This document shows positions 12,197 through 20,833 of a stretch of 64,000 nt of DNA, piece by piece; the first letter of the stretch is position 1; every line of letters begins with the position of its first letter. Position numbers and translations under genes: made by a program. Below the pieces are notes generated by a model. That model made no database searches, had not been told where the DNA came from, and worked only from the letters and a program-made list of their open reading frames with translations. Where the stretch lies: positions 751-64,750 of the forward strand of contig JAWVGJ010000075.1 of NCBI GenBank assembly GCA_033855115.1, written 5' to 3'. The DNA is from Solirubrobacteraceae bacterium (GTDB lineage Bacteria; Actinomycetota; Thermoleophilia; Solirubrobacterales; Solirubrobacteraceae).

Positions 12197-13278
12197 CTCT
12201 TCCAGCCCTCATCGCACCAGTCCAGATCATCGTCGATCTGCTGAAGCCCGTGCTCGTGTTCTTCCACGACACGGTGGGCGTCGGCTGGGGCATGTCGATC
12301 GTTCTGTTGACGGTTCTGGTGCGGGCTGCGATGGCGCCGCTGACCGTCAAGCAGTTCAAGTCGATGCGGGCGATGGCCCAGGTTGCGCCACGGCTCAAGG
12401 AGCTGCAGGCCAAGTACAAGGACGACAAGCAGCGCCAGCAGCAGGAGGTCATGAAGTTCTACCAGGAGGAGAAGATCAATCCCTTCGCCTCCTGCTTGCC
12501 GCTGGTCGCGCAGATCCCGTTCTTCATCGGCCTCTTCTATTTGCTGCAGAGCGACCTGCGCACGGAGATCTGCGGCGCGGCGGCGACGGTCGGCGGCAAG
12601 AAGCCGCCGCCGTGTGGACATATCGCCACGTCAAATGGCGCCGAGCAGTTCCTCTTCATCCCAGACCTCACCGCGCCGGCGACCGGCTGGGTGCTCGTGG
12701 TGCTGATCGTCCTGTACATCGGCTCGCAGTTGCTGTCGAGCGTCCTGACTCCGTCCGGTGGCGATCGCAACACGAAGATCATCATGTACGGGCTCCCGTT
12801 CGTCTTCACGCCGATCATCATCGGCTTTCCGGCCGGATTGATCGTGTACTGGGTTACGACGAACCTCTGGACCGTCGGCCAGGGCTACCTGCTGCGTAAG
12901 AAGCTGGGGCCGATCACGCCGCCTGCGACGGCGGGCAAGGACCGGGATGGCGACGAGGGCGGCGGAGGCTTCTTGTCAAAGCTCACTGGGGGCGCGGCGG
13001 CGGCGCGCGAGCCGGCGGTGGCGACGGCGAAGTCTGGTGCTGGGGGCGGGAAGTCTGGTGGTTCGAAGGCGGGCGCCGGGAGCACGAAGTCCGGTGGCGC
13101 AAAGTCGGCCACCGGCGCCGCGAAGTCAGGCGCCGCGAAGTCGGGCGCGGACAGCGCGAAGTCCGGGACCGGCGCTGGGAAGTCCGCGGCTGCCACGGCA
13201 AAGTCGGGCGGCACCGGCGGCGGACCCCCGCCACGACCACCGCGCAAGAAGAAGAAGCGCTCGGGACGGCGCCGGTGA
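12193..13278 (+). CDS. yidC: YidC/Oxa1-family membrane insertase (short form) with repetitive basic C-terminal tail
   Basis: Insertase core (GMSIVLLTVLVRAAMAPLTVKQFKSMRAM, CLPLVAQIPFFIGLF, VYWVTTNLWTVGQ). The tail is about 11 KSG/KSA repeats followed by PPRKKKKRSGRRR. ATGA overlap with yidD. Confidence 0.9.
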   Translation: MTLPALIAPVQIIVDLLKPVLVFFHDTVGVGWGMSIVLLTVLVRAAMAPLTVKQFKSMRAMAQVAPRLKELQAKYKDDKQRQQQEVMKFYQEEKINPFASCLPLVAQIPFFIGLFYLLQSDLRTEICGAAATVGGKKPPPCGHIATSNGAEQFLFIPDLTAPATGWVLVVLIVLYIGSQLLSSVLTPSGGDRNTKIIMYGLPFVFTPIIIGFPAGLIVYWVTTNLWTVGQGYLLRKKLGPITPPATAGKDRDGDEGGGGFLSKLTGGAAAAREPAVATAKSGAGGGKSGGSKAGAGSTKSGGAKSATGAAKSGAAKSGADSAKSGTGAGKSAAATAKSGGTGGGPPPRPPRKKKKRSGRRR

Positions 13279-13748
13279 TGAGTGCCCAGGACGAGACGTC
13301 TCCCGGCGAGAACGTACGCGAGCTCGTCGAGCGCGTGGTAAAGGCGCTGGGGCTCGACGCGACCGTCGAGATCAGCGATGACGGCGAGACCTGCACGGGC
13401 ACCGTGCAAGGCGATGATCTCGGCCTGTTCATCGGCCGCCACGGACAGACGATCGATGCTGTGCAGCACCTTGCCCAGCGTGTCAGCGGCGCGCGCGCCA
13501 GCCACGGGCGCAGGATCGTCATCGACGCGGAGGGCTATCGGGAGCGTCGCTCGGTCATGCTGTGCCGCCAGGCCGACCATGCCGCCGAGGATGCGCTGCG
13601 CTACGGCCGCCCCGTCGCCCTGGACGCGATGACGGCGAGTGAGCGACGTATCGTGCACGAGTATCTGCGCGACCACGGCGCGGTGCAGACGTACTCGGAG
13701 GGCGACGAGCCCGATCGGCACCTCGTCGTAGCGCCGTTGAACTCGTAG
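13275..13748 (+). CDS. jag: Jag/KhpB-type RNA-binding protein (KH plus R3H domains)
   Basis: FIGRHGQTIDAVQHLAQ (KH-like) and MTASERRIVHEYLRDHGAVQTYSEGDEPDRHLVV (R3H). Conserved position after yidC. Confidence 0.85.
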   Translation: MMSAQDETSPGENVRELVERVVKALGLDATVEISDDGETCTGTVQGDDLGLFIGRHGQTIDAVQHLAQRVSGARASHGRRIVIDAEGYRERRSVMLCRQADHAAEDALRYGRPVALDAMTASERRIVHEYLRDHGAVQTYSEGDEPDRHLVVAPLNS

Positions 13749-13790
13749 CGGCGTTTCACGTTTTTCTGCCCGGTGTAACACTTCTTGACC

Positions 13791-14147
13791 ATGCTGAGCG
13801 ATGTCGAGCGAGGGCTGGTCGCCGGCGTCCTCATGAGCGAGGGCTCCTTTGGAGGCGACGGCAAGCAGCCGCACGTGATCCTTCGCAAGCACGTTCGCCA
13901 CGAGACGTTGATGCGCTGGCTCCTCGAGCGCTTCCCGCGATCCCGGCTCTACGGCCCGTACCACCACGGTGACCGGTCGTACTTCCAGTGGGTGGCGCGC
14001 GGGCCGGCGCTGGTGCATGACGTTCTCCCGGTGCTCGAAGAGCTCGTCGTCCCAGAGCTTGACGCGCATGCGGCCGAGCGACTTCGGGACATGGGCGAGC
14101 GCTACGGGGCCTACATTGCGCGCGCGCGGGCGCGGGGGGAGCGGTGA
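13791..14147 (+). CDS. small free-standing LAGLIDADG-fold protein (single motif, about 118 aa)
   Basis: N-terminal ERGLVAGVLMSEGSFGGDG matches the LAGLIDADG-GSF pattern with Glu at the catalytic acidic position. Downstream YFQWVARGPALVHDVLPVLEE resembles the fold's core. The stop overlaps the rsmG GTG (GTGA). Confidence 0.6.
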   Translation: MLSDVERGLVAGVLMSEGSFGGDGKQPHVILRKHVRHETLMRWLLERFPRSRLYGPYHHGDRSYFQWVARGPALVHDVLPVLEELVVPELDAHAAERLRDMGERYGAYIARARARGER

Positions 14148-14839
14148 ACCCGCGGCTCCGGGCGGTTTCGGAGCGGTTCGGCGTGCCGGACGAGGGGACG
14201 GACCAGTTGCAGCGCCTGCTCGCGTTGGTGGTCTCCGATCCCGCGGCTCCGACTACGTTGCGAGCGCCCGACGAGGTCATTGATCTGCACATCGCCGACG
14301 CGCTCGTTGGCCTGGAGGTCGACGCCGTCAGCGGGGCGGGCCGGATCGCCGATCTCGGGGCGGGCGCCGGATTCCCCGGCCTCGTGCTCGCGGCCGCGCT
14401 GCCCGCCGCGCGCGTGTCCCTCGTGGAAAGCCAGGGCCGCAAATGCGCCTTCATGGAGCGGGCGATCGGCGAGATGGGGCTGACGAATGCCCAGGTCGTC
14501 TGTACGCGCGCCGAGTCGTGGACGTCGGGCCTCGAGACCTGCGACGTCGTGACGGCGCGCGCCATGGCGCCACTTAATGTGCTCGTGGAGTACGCCGCTC
14601 CCCTGCTGTCTGAGGGCGGGGCGTTCGTCGCGTGGAAGGGGTGCCGCAACGAGGACGAGGAGGCCGACGGCGCAGCAGCTGCCGCGGCGACGGGTCTCGC
14701 TCTGGCAGAATTGCGGCCAGTCCAGCCCTGGGACACGGCCCAGAACCTTCATCTGCACGTCTACCTGAAGGTTGGTGCTACGCCGAACCGATTCCCGCGG
14801 CGAGCCGGAACGGCCAGCAAACGGCCACTACGTGCGTAA
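14144..14839 (+). CDS. rsmG: 16S rRNA (guanine527-N7)-methyltransferase RsmG (GidB)
   Basis: IADLGAGAGFPGLVLAAALP SAM motif, VESQGRKCAFM, VTARAMAPL. Conserved position upstream of parAB. Confidence 0.9.
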   Translation: MNPRLRAVSERFGVPDEGTDQLQRLLALVVSDPAAPTTLRAPDEVIDLHIADALVGLEVDAVSGAGRIADLGAGAGFPGLVLAAALPAARVSLVESQGRKCAFMERAIGEMGLTNAQVVCTRAESWTSGLETCDVVTARAMAPLNVLVEYAAPLLSEGGAFVAWKGCRNEDEEADGAAAAAATGLALAELRPVQPWDTAQNLHLHVYLKVGATPNRFPRRAGTASKRPLRA

Positions 14840-14906
14840 GGTCGAGGGTTCGGCTAAGGGTTCGCCACCGAACTATGCCGGGCTCTGACCGCCGTCCCCG
14901 GTACCG

Positions 14907-15686
14907 TTGACGGCGATGGGCACCGTCATCGCGATCGCCAACCAGAAGGGTGGAGTCGGCAAGACGACGACGGCCGTCAACGTTGCTGCCTGCATCGCGG
15001 AGGCCGGTCTCGCGACGCTGCTCGTCGACATCGACCCGCAGGCCAACGCGACCCTGGGCCTCGGCGTGGCCAAGGACATCGAGCCAAACGTCTACGACGT
15101 GCTGGCAGGCCGCTGCGAGCTGACCGCGGCGCTGTGCGACACGGCGATCGAGCAGCTCAAGCTCGTGCCGGCCCATCCCGATCTCGCGGGCGCGAACATG
15201 GAGCTCCCACGCGAGGCGGGCTCGGAGACGCGGCTGCGCGACGCGCTGGCGGAGGCGAAGGAGCGCTTCGATTACGTCTTGCTGGACTGCCCGCCGTCGC
15301 TGGGGCCGCTGACGGTCAACGCGCTCGTGGCCGCTGACCGGGTGATCGTGCCGGTTCAGACGGAGTACTTCGCGCTCGAGGGCCTAGCGGGGCTGCTGGA
15401 CACGCTGGCGCTCATCCAGCGCGAGCTCAACCCGCGTCTGACGATCGCCGGGATGCTCCTGACGATGCACGACAGCCGCACGCGACTCGCGCGGGACGTG
15501 GAGCGGGAGGTGCGCGAGCATTTCCCCTCGCTCGTCTTCGACACGGTGATCCCGCGCAACGTGCGCATCGGAGAGGCACCGAGCTACGGGCGCCCGGTTA
15601 CGCACCACGACCCTCACTGCGCGGGCGCGGACGCCTATTTCGAGCTGGCCAAGGAAGTCGTCCGGGCCGGGATGGATCGCGCATGA
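14907..15686 (+). CDS. parA: chromosome partitioning ATPase ParA/Soj
   Basis: Deviant Walker A IAIANQKGGVGKTTTAVN, DIDPQANAT, LLDCPPSLG. The ATG at 14916 is an alternative start. Confidence 0.93.
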   Translation: MTAMGTVIAIANQKGGVGKTTTAVNVAACIAEAGLATLLVDIDPQANATLGLGVAKDIEPNVYDVLAGRCELTAALCDTAIEQLKLVPAHPDLAGANMELPREAGSETRLRDALAEAKERFDYVLLDCPPSLGPLTVNALVAADRVIVPVQTEYFALEGLAGLLDTLALIQRELNPRLTIAGMLLTMHDSRTRLARDVEREVREHFPSLVFDTVIPRNVRIGEAPSYGRPVTHHDPHCAGADAYFELAKEVVRAGMDRA

Positions 15687-16570
15687 GTGCCGCTCAGCGC
15701 GGCATGGGACGCGGGCTGGCTGCGATCCTGTCGGTGTCCGGCTCGGGCGCGGCGGGTGACGACCTGCGCTCGCTCCCCGTCGAGCTCATCGCCCCCAACC
15801 CGCGACAGCCGCGTCGCGCGTTCGACGACGCGGCGCTCGAGGCACTGGCCGCGTCGTTGCGGGAGCGCGGCGTGCTGCAACCGGTGCTCGTCCGGCCGGT
15901 CGCCGGCGGGACCTACGAGCTCGTCGCGGGCGAGCGGCGCTGGCGAGCAGCGCAGATCGCCGGCCTGGCGTCAATCCCGGCCCTGGTGCGCGCGCGCGAC
16001 GACGCCGAGGCGCTCGAGACGGCCCTGATCGAGAACATGGCTCGCCAAGACCTCAACCCGGTCGAGGAGGCGCGGGCCTGTGCCGCCCTCGTCGAGGAGC
16101 TCGGGCTTACGCGCGAGGTCGTCGGGCTGCGCGTTGGCCGCAGCCGCGTCGCGGTCTCGAATCTCCTGCGCCTGTTAGATCTGCCCGACGAGGCGCTGGA
16201 GTCACTCGAGCGCGGCGAGTTGTCGGCGGGCCACGGTCGCGCGCTGCTGCTCGCCGAGGACCACGCCGACCGGCGCCGCCTCGCGCGCACGGCGCAGTTG
16301 GAGGGCTGGTCCGTGCGGACCCTCGAGGCCCGCGCCCGCGCCGCCAACGCCGCCGCGCCGGCCCGCCGTGGTGCACGGCGCGCTCGGCCAGCCCTGAATC
16401 CAGACCAGGAGGCCGCCGCGACCCGTATCGCAGACGAGCTCGCCGGTGCCCTCGGCGTCGAGGTCACCGTCACGCCGCGCGGCTCCGGTTACCGCGCCGA
16501 GATCGCGTTCGACGGCCCCGACGACGCCATAGCCCTCGCCCGCCGCCTTCGTCCTCACGCAGCAGCATGA
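15683..16570 (+). CDS. parB: chromosome partitioning protein ParB/Spo0J
   Basis: IAPNPRQPRRAFD, LVAGERRWRAAQIAG (GERRxRA box), HTH region LTREVVGLRVGRSRVAVSNLLRLL. ATGA overlap with parA. Confidence 0.93.
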   Translation: MSAAQRGMGRGLAAILSVSGSGAAGDDLRSLPVELIAPNPRQPRRAFDDAALEALAASLRERGVLQPVLVRPVAGGTYELVAGERRWRAAQIAGLASIPALVRARDDAEALETALIENMARQDLNPVEEARACAALVEELGLTREVVGLRVGRSRVAVSNLLRLLDLPDEALESLERGELSAGHGRALLLAEDHADRRRLARTAQLEGWSVRTLEARARAANAAAPARRGARRARPALNPDQEAAATRIADELAGALGVEVTVTPRGSGYRAEIAFDGPDDAIALARRLRPHAAA

Positions 16571-16596
16571 TCGCCCGCTAAACTCGACCGCCGTTC

Positions 16597-16670
<74 letters not shown>

Positions 16671-16962
16671 TCGCCCATTGCAGGAGTTCGCGGCGTCAGT
16701 GTGCCTCGCGCGCGAGCGGTGACTCGAACAGCGCGCACATTCCGCACACTAGGTTTGCGCTCGGGTTCAGGGTCCAGTCGACGCAGTCCTCGATCGCCGT
16801 TGAGCGCTAACCACACGCGGCGGCCGTCGGCTGCAACGGCGACGGCGTCGCCTCCCGGGTCCATCCGCGTCGTGTCACGCGACCCGCCGCCGGGGTCCAT
16901 CCGCGCTAGTGGCGACCGCTCACTTGCCCACCGCCCCATCCCGACGCGCTCCAGATTCGCGC

Positions 16963-17505
16963 TCAACCGCCCGCGGACAGCACAGCGCCCACATCGACCG
17001 GGGCTCCACCGCCCGGCACATCAAGCATCCCGTCGCGGTGGTGTGCGACGTCGGTGTAGACGCCGTCGGCCGGCCCGCGGTGGACGACGATCTCGCGGTC
17101 GACGAGGTCGATCATCCAGTACTCGGGCACGCCGGCTCGCGCGTACTCGTCCACCTTCTGGAGATCCCTCCGATGGGTGGTGTGCGTCACCTCGATCGCC
17201 AGCAGCGCCTCGCGATGGCGGATCGGCGGAGCGGAGAACGGCGCCACGAACAGATCCGGCGACAGGAACCCGTCGTGGATGAAGAGCGCATCCTGCACGA
17301 GGAGTTCCAGGTCGTCCGGCAGCACGCGCGACAGATGCCGGGTGAGCGTCGAGACGGTTCGGGAATGCCGCGGATTCGGAGGAACCACGTCGAACAGGAT
17401 CCCATCGACGAGTTCCATGCGACGGTCCTCGAGTAGGCCGCCCTCGAGGAGCCCGTCGACCTGCTCGACGGTCAGGCGGTGGATGGGTGCGGCGGCCAAA
17501 GCCAT
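16963..17505 (-). CDS. Uma2-family (DUF820) endonuclease
   Basis: LTVEQVDGLLEGG...MELVDGILFDV, PDLFVAP..., LAIEVTHTTHRRDLQKVDEYARAGVPEYWMIDL fits the Uma2 PD-(D/E)xK-like pattern. Internal ATG at 17505 chosen as start (MALAAAPIH...). Confidence 0.75.
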   Translation of the reverse strand: MALAAAPIHRLTVEQVDGLLEGGLLEDRRMELVDGILFDVVPPNPRHSRTVSTLTRHLSRVLPDDLELLVQDALFIHDGFLSPDLFVAPFSAPPIRHREALLAIEVTHTTHRRDLQKVDEYARAGVPEYWMIDLVDREIVVHRGPADGVYTDVAHHRDGMLDVPGGGAPVDVGAVLSAGG

Positions 17506-17743
17506 CGGCTCTCGAAGGCTATCGCGACCGCGCACCGATCCCCTTGTGCCGCGGCTGGCGCCTCCGAACCCCATGCCTACTGGATTCGTAGCGAGCCGCG
17601 TGTGCCGCGCTGGCGCGCGGCCGGGGGGGTGCACTCAGTGGCGCGCGCGTACCTACCCAGCGGAGCTTCGCTAACCCAACTCGTCACCTGCGGTCGTGCG
17701 CGACCTCACACATCGCTCTCTAATCCGGCGTTACGGTCGCTGC

Positions 17744-18544
17744 ATGACGGAGTGGACGATAAACGCTGATGCGCTGCGGCACGTCTGCCCGAACCTGACT
17801 GGCGCCGCGGCGGCAAGGATCGCCAAGGGTTTGGGGGAGGCCTTTGCGCGCTATGACATCAATACCCCGACGCGGGCCGCGATGGCGCTCGCGCAGTGGG
17901 CCCATGAGTGCGATCATTTCCGGACGAGTGAGGAGTACGCTTCCGGTGCCGCGTACGAAGGCCGCAAGGATCTTGGCAACACACATCCCGGCGACGGCAA
18001 GCGCTTCAAGGGCCGCGGCCGCATCCAGATCACGGGACGCACCAACTACGTCGCCATGGCCCAGGCGCTTGGCATCGATTGCGTCACGAAGCCACAACTT
18101 CTCTCACTGTCACCGTACAGTGAGCTCGCATCCGGGCAGTGGTGGACGGATCACGGTTGCAACAGCTTCTGTGATACGGACGACTTTGTTGGACTCACCC
18201 GCTGGATCCACGGCGGCACGAACGGCCTAGCCGAGCGCCAGCAACTCTTTCACCTGGCGAAGGCAGTTGCATCTGACCTCGTTCCGTGCGATCGCATGGC
18301 CGTCCTCACTCATTCCGAGCGTGAGCAGATCGTGATCCTCACCACCGAGCGTAGGAGCGCGTCGCGCAACGGCGGCTGGGAGAAGATCGATCCCTCGCAT
18401 CTGGCGCGGGCCACGAAGGCAACGCAGTGGCTCATCCGGCGCGCTGTAGAGATCAGGAAGCTCGCCGAGGCCGAGCCGGCGGGATGGACCAAGGGCGACC
18501 GCACAGCACGCTACGCGTTTATCGAGAAGGCGATCGCAGGCTGA
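17744..18544 (+). CDS. GH19-type lysozyme/chitinase-like protein (phage-endolysin-like, no signal peptide) with an uncharacterised roughly 90-aa C-terminal region
   Basis: AQWAHECDHFRTSEEYASG...GRKDLGNTHPGDGKRFKGRGRIQITGRTNY...WW...IHGGTNGLAERQ matches the GH19 catalytic core. ATG at 17744. Confidence 0.75.
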   Translation: MTEWTINADALRHVCPNLTGAAAARIAKGLGEAFARYDINTPTRAAMALAQWAHECDHFRTSEEYASGAAYEGRKDLGNTHPGDGKRFKGRGRIQITGRTNYVAMAQALGIDCVTKPQLLSLSPYSELASGQWWTDHGCNSFCDTDDFVGLTRWIHGGTNGLAERQQLFHLAKAVASDLVPCDRMAVLTHSEREQIVILTTERRSASRNGGWEKIDPSHLARATKATQWLIRRAVEIRKLAEAEPAGWTKGDRTARYAFIEKAIAG

Positions 18545-18865
18545 TCGGCCGCCGGTTTCGCGCAAGTGCGACGGCGGCCAGCTGGAGCGTGCCCGCGGCC
18601 AGGGCGTGGAGCATTTCGCAGACCTCGGGACCAGAGCGGTGAAGGTGGCCGAAGGCCTCGTCGGCGGCACGGAGGGGGCGCAAACAACTCCGGGAAGATG
18701 GTCCTCAAGATCATCGCGCCAATGGCGGCACGGACCCGAGGCGTGGTGCGGAGTCCTCGTCGCCTAGGAGGTTTGGCGAAACGCTGCGGGCCAGTAAACA
18801 CGGGGGTTTCTGCGGGGCTCACGGACGCTCGCACATCAGGAAGTTCCTCGAGGCTGCGCGAGCAC

Positions 18866-19698
18866 AACGCGATGCTCGCCGTCTGCCTCGACGCCGTAAC
18901 GGCGGCGCTGCACGTCGCGCATCCGCAGATGGGAACGGATGTGGCGATTGACGGCTCGGACCTCCCCGCCTATGCCAACGGGCAGCGGTTCCTCTCCCGC
19001 AACGGCCCGGAACGCAAGACCTCCTCGGGCCCGGACGCATCGTGGGGGCACCGCTCGGCCGTCTCGACGCGGAAGGGCGGCGGGTACTACGGCTACAAGG
19101 TCCACGCCGCGTCTGCGTCTTCACCGGCCTCCCGCTCGCGTGGACGGTCGAGACGGCGAGCGCCGCGGAAACCACGTTCGCGCTCGGGCTGCTCGACGCG
19201 ACCCGCGAGCGCGGCTTCAAGGCTGCGACGGCGATCATGGACAAGGGCTGTGACAACGGCCCGATCCACGACGGCTGCAACGCCCGTGGCGTGTGTCCCG
19301 TGACGCCGCTTCGCTTGACGCCGGCCGTCAAGCGCAGCGATCACGCGCCGCGCGTCTGCGAGCATGGGGAGTGGAAATTCGCGGGAACCGACTACACGCG
19401 GCAGGCCACGAAATGGCGCTGCCCGACCGGCGAGTGCCAGCCGAAGTCGACATGGGTCAAGGCCGACCGCCTGCACCCGCTGATCCCGCGCCACACGAAA
19501 CGGTCCAAGGCGCTCTACAGCAGCCGTGGGGCCGTCGAGCGCGAGTTCGGACGGCTCAAGCACGAATGGCCGGTGCTGCCGCTGCGCGTGCGCGGTATCG
19601 ACCGCGTGCGGCTGCACGCCGATCTGACGATCCTCGCCAAGCTGGGCTGCGCGCTCTCGGCGTTCCGTCCGACCCTTGACGCATCATGCAACACTTAG
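18866..19698 (+). pseudogene. IS4/IS5-type DDE transposase remnant (N-terminally truncated, one frameshift near 19105)
   Basis: Frame A: DVAIDGSDLPAYANG...GGYYGYKVHAA. It continues in another frame: VCVFTGLPLAWTVETASAAE...IMDKGCDNGP...SRGAVEREFGRLKHEWPVLPLRVRGIDRVRLHADLTILAKL. The DDE_Tnp_1-like signature is split over track ORFs 18566-19303 and 19042-19698. Confidence 0.75.
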
Positions 19699-19807
19699 AG
19701 GGGACGGACGCGGAGGAATCGCCTGCTGCCTTCACAGGCAGCACCCGCAATCATGCGGCGTCAGGCGACTCCGGTTCGTCCCTTCTTTGGGAGGCGGGGG
19801 GAGCCAG

Positions 19808-20560
19808 GTGTTCCGTGTCTACATCGACGAGGCCGGTGATCGAGGACACCACCCCGACTCCTCCGAGCACTTTGTCGTGTCGGCCGTCATCGTTCGCGAT
19901 CAGGACGAGGCTGCGGCCCGCAACGCACTGGCCACGCTCAGAACCACGCTCGGTCGGCAGTCCGGGCACGTACTGCACTTCCGAAAGTTGACGCATGCGC
20001 GAAAGGTCAAGGCGTGCCAGGACGCGGCACGGTTTCCGATCGCCTGTATCACGAACGTCATCGTCTGCAAGACCAAGATCGCTGGCCAGATCCCGGGCGG
20101 CGGCTTCGCTTACATCAAGCAGGCTGACCCGATGTATCTATATGCCGTGCGGCTCCTACTCGAACGTATCTCCTGGTACGTGGACGAGAACGGGGGCGGG
20201 CCGGCCATCGTGACGTTCGCCCACCTCACACGATTCCCTGCGGTCAAGCTGCACAACTACCGACAGGCGCTCACGTACTCGCCGACGGAGATCCGCTGGA
20301 ACGCCTTCCATGGTCACCAGTTCCGGATCAACCATCCGAACGCGATCGAACTCCTGCAACTGGCCGACAGCGCCGCATCGGCGCTCTTTCGAGCTGTCGA
20401 GCCGGACGACTACGGCAATGTGGAGGCCAGGTACCTCCGTGAGTTGGCTCCCAAGCTCTACCGTCGTGGGGCGGCCAAAGTGACCTCGTACGGTCTCAAG
20501 GTGTTCCCGACGCAAGAGTGCCAACCCGGCGGCTCGCTATTCTGGCTAACGACCATTTGA
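19808..20560 (+). CDS. DUF3800-family protein
   Basis: VFRVYIDEAGDRG...FVVSAVIV...HVLHFRKL...LLLERISWYV...LLQLADSAASALFRA matches the DUF3800 layout. GTG at 19808 follows a G-rich SD. Confidence 0.65.
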   Translation: MFRVYIDEAGDRGHHPDSSEHFVVSAVIVRDQDEAAARNALATLRTTLGRQSGHVLHFRKLTHARKVKACQDAARFPIACITNVIVCKTKIAGQIPGGGFAYIKQADPMYLYAVRLLLERISWYVDENGGGPAIVTFAHLTRFPAVKLHNYRQALTYSPTEIRWNAFHGHQFRINHPNAIELLQLADSAASALFRAVEPDDYGNVEARYLRELAPKLYRRGAAKVTSYGLKVFPTQECQPGGSLFWLTTI

Positions 20561-20833
20561 GTCGTTGCGGCCAGTGCGCGCGCGACCCCACAGACCGCGA
20601 GTTTCGCCAACCCTTTCGCCAAACCCTCCTAGTGCTACCGCGAGGCCGCAACGGCGCGGTGTCGGACTCAAAGACGGGCGGCGACGGCGTTCACCGCAAG
20701 CGTCGCGCCAAAGAAGCTGGTCGCGACTACCTGCGCGTCGGACGCTGACGAACACAAGTAAACGCCGAGCAGGACCTTGCGCCGCCTGAAGGCGTGCGCG
20801 CGAGCGGGCTCAATGGGTGCCCGGTGCCGACGA

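Noticed and set aside
13020-13215. Periodic AAGTCNGG DNA repeat as a CRISPR-like or minisatellite array
   Set aside because: It lies in frame inside yidC and encodes the KSG-repeat tail. There is no repeat-spacer architecture.
13752-13768. parS site near jag (GCGTTTCACGTTTTTCT)
   Set aside because: Only the left half (GTTTCACGT) matches the TGTTTCACGTGAAACA consensus and the right half is unrelated. None of the CACGTG cores I checked elsewhere in the window (for example 11925, 13873, 22243, 28035, 36073, 49273) has parS flanks.
13771-13780. Shared TGTAACAC octamer upstream of the LAGLIDADG-like ORF (13773-13780) and upstream of qcrA (about 45229-45236) as a regulatory motif
   Set aside because: Two occurrences of an 8-mer with no further flanking similarity are insufficient evidence.
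16780-16962. Minus-strand ORF 16616-16966 with repeated RMDPGG motifs as a beta-propeller gene fragment
   Set aside because: It overlaps the tRNA-Ile gene, has no credible start, and only two short repeats (13-mer at 16857 and 16893). At best it is an unprovable remnant, noted within the islet finding.
18866-19698. Programmed frameshifting in the transposase
   Set aside because: The gene also lacks its N-terminal region and I saw no slippery-heptamer context at the frame change near 19105. Pseudogenisation is the simpler reading.
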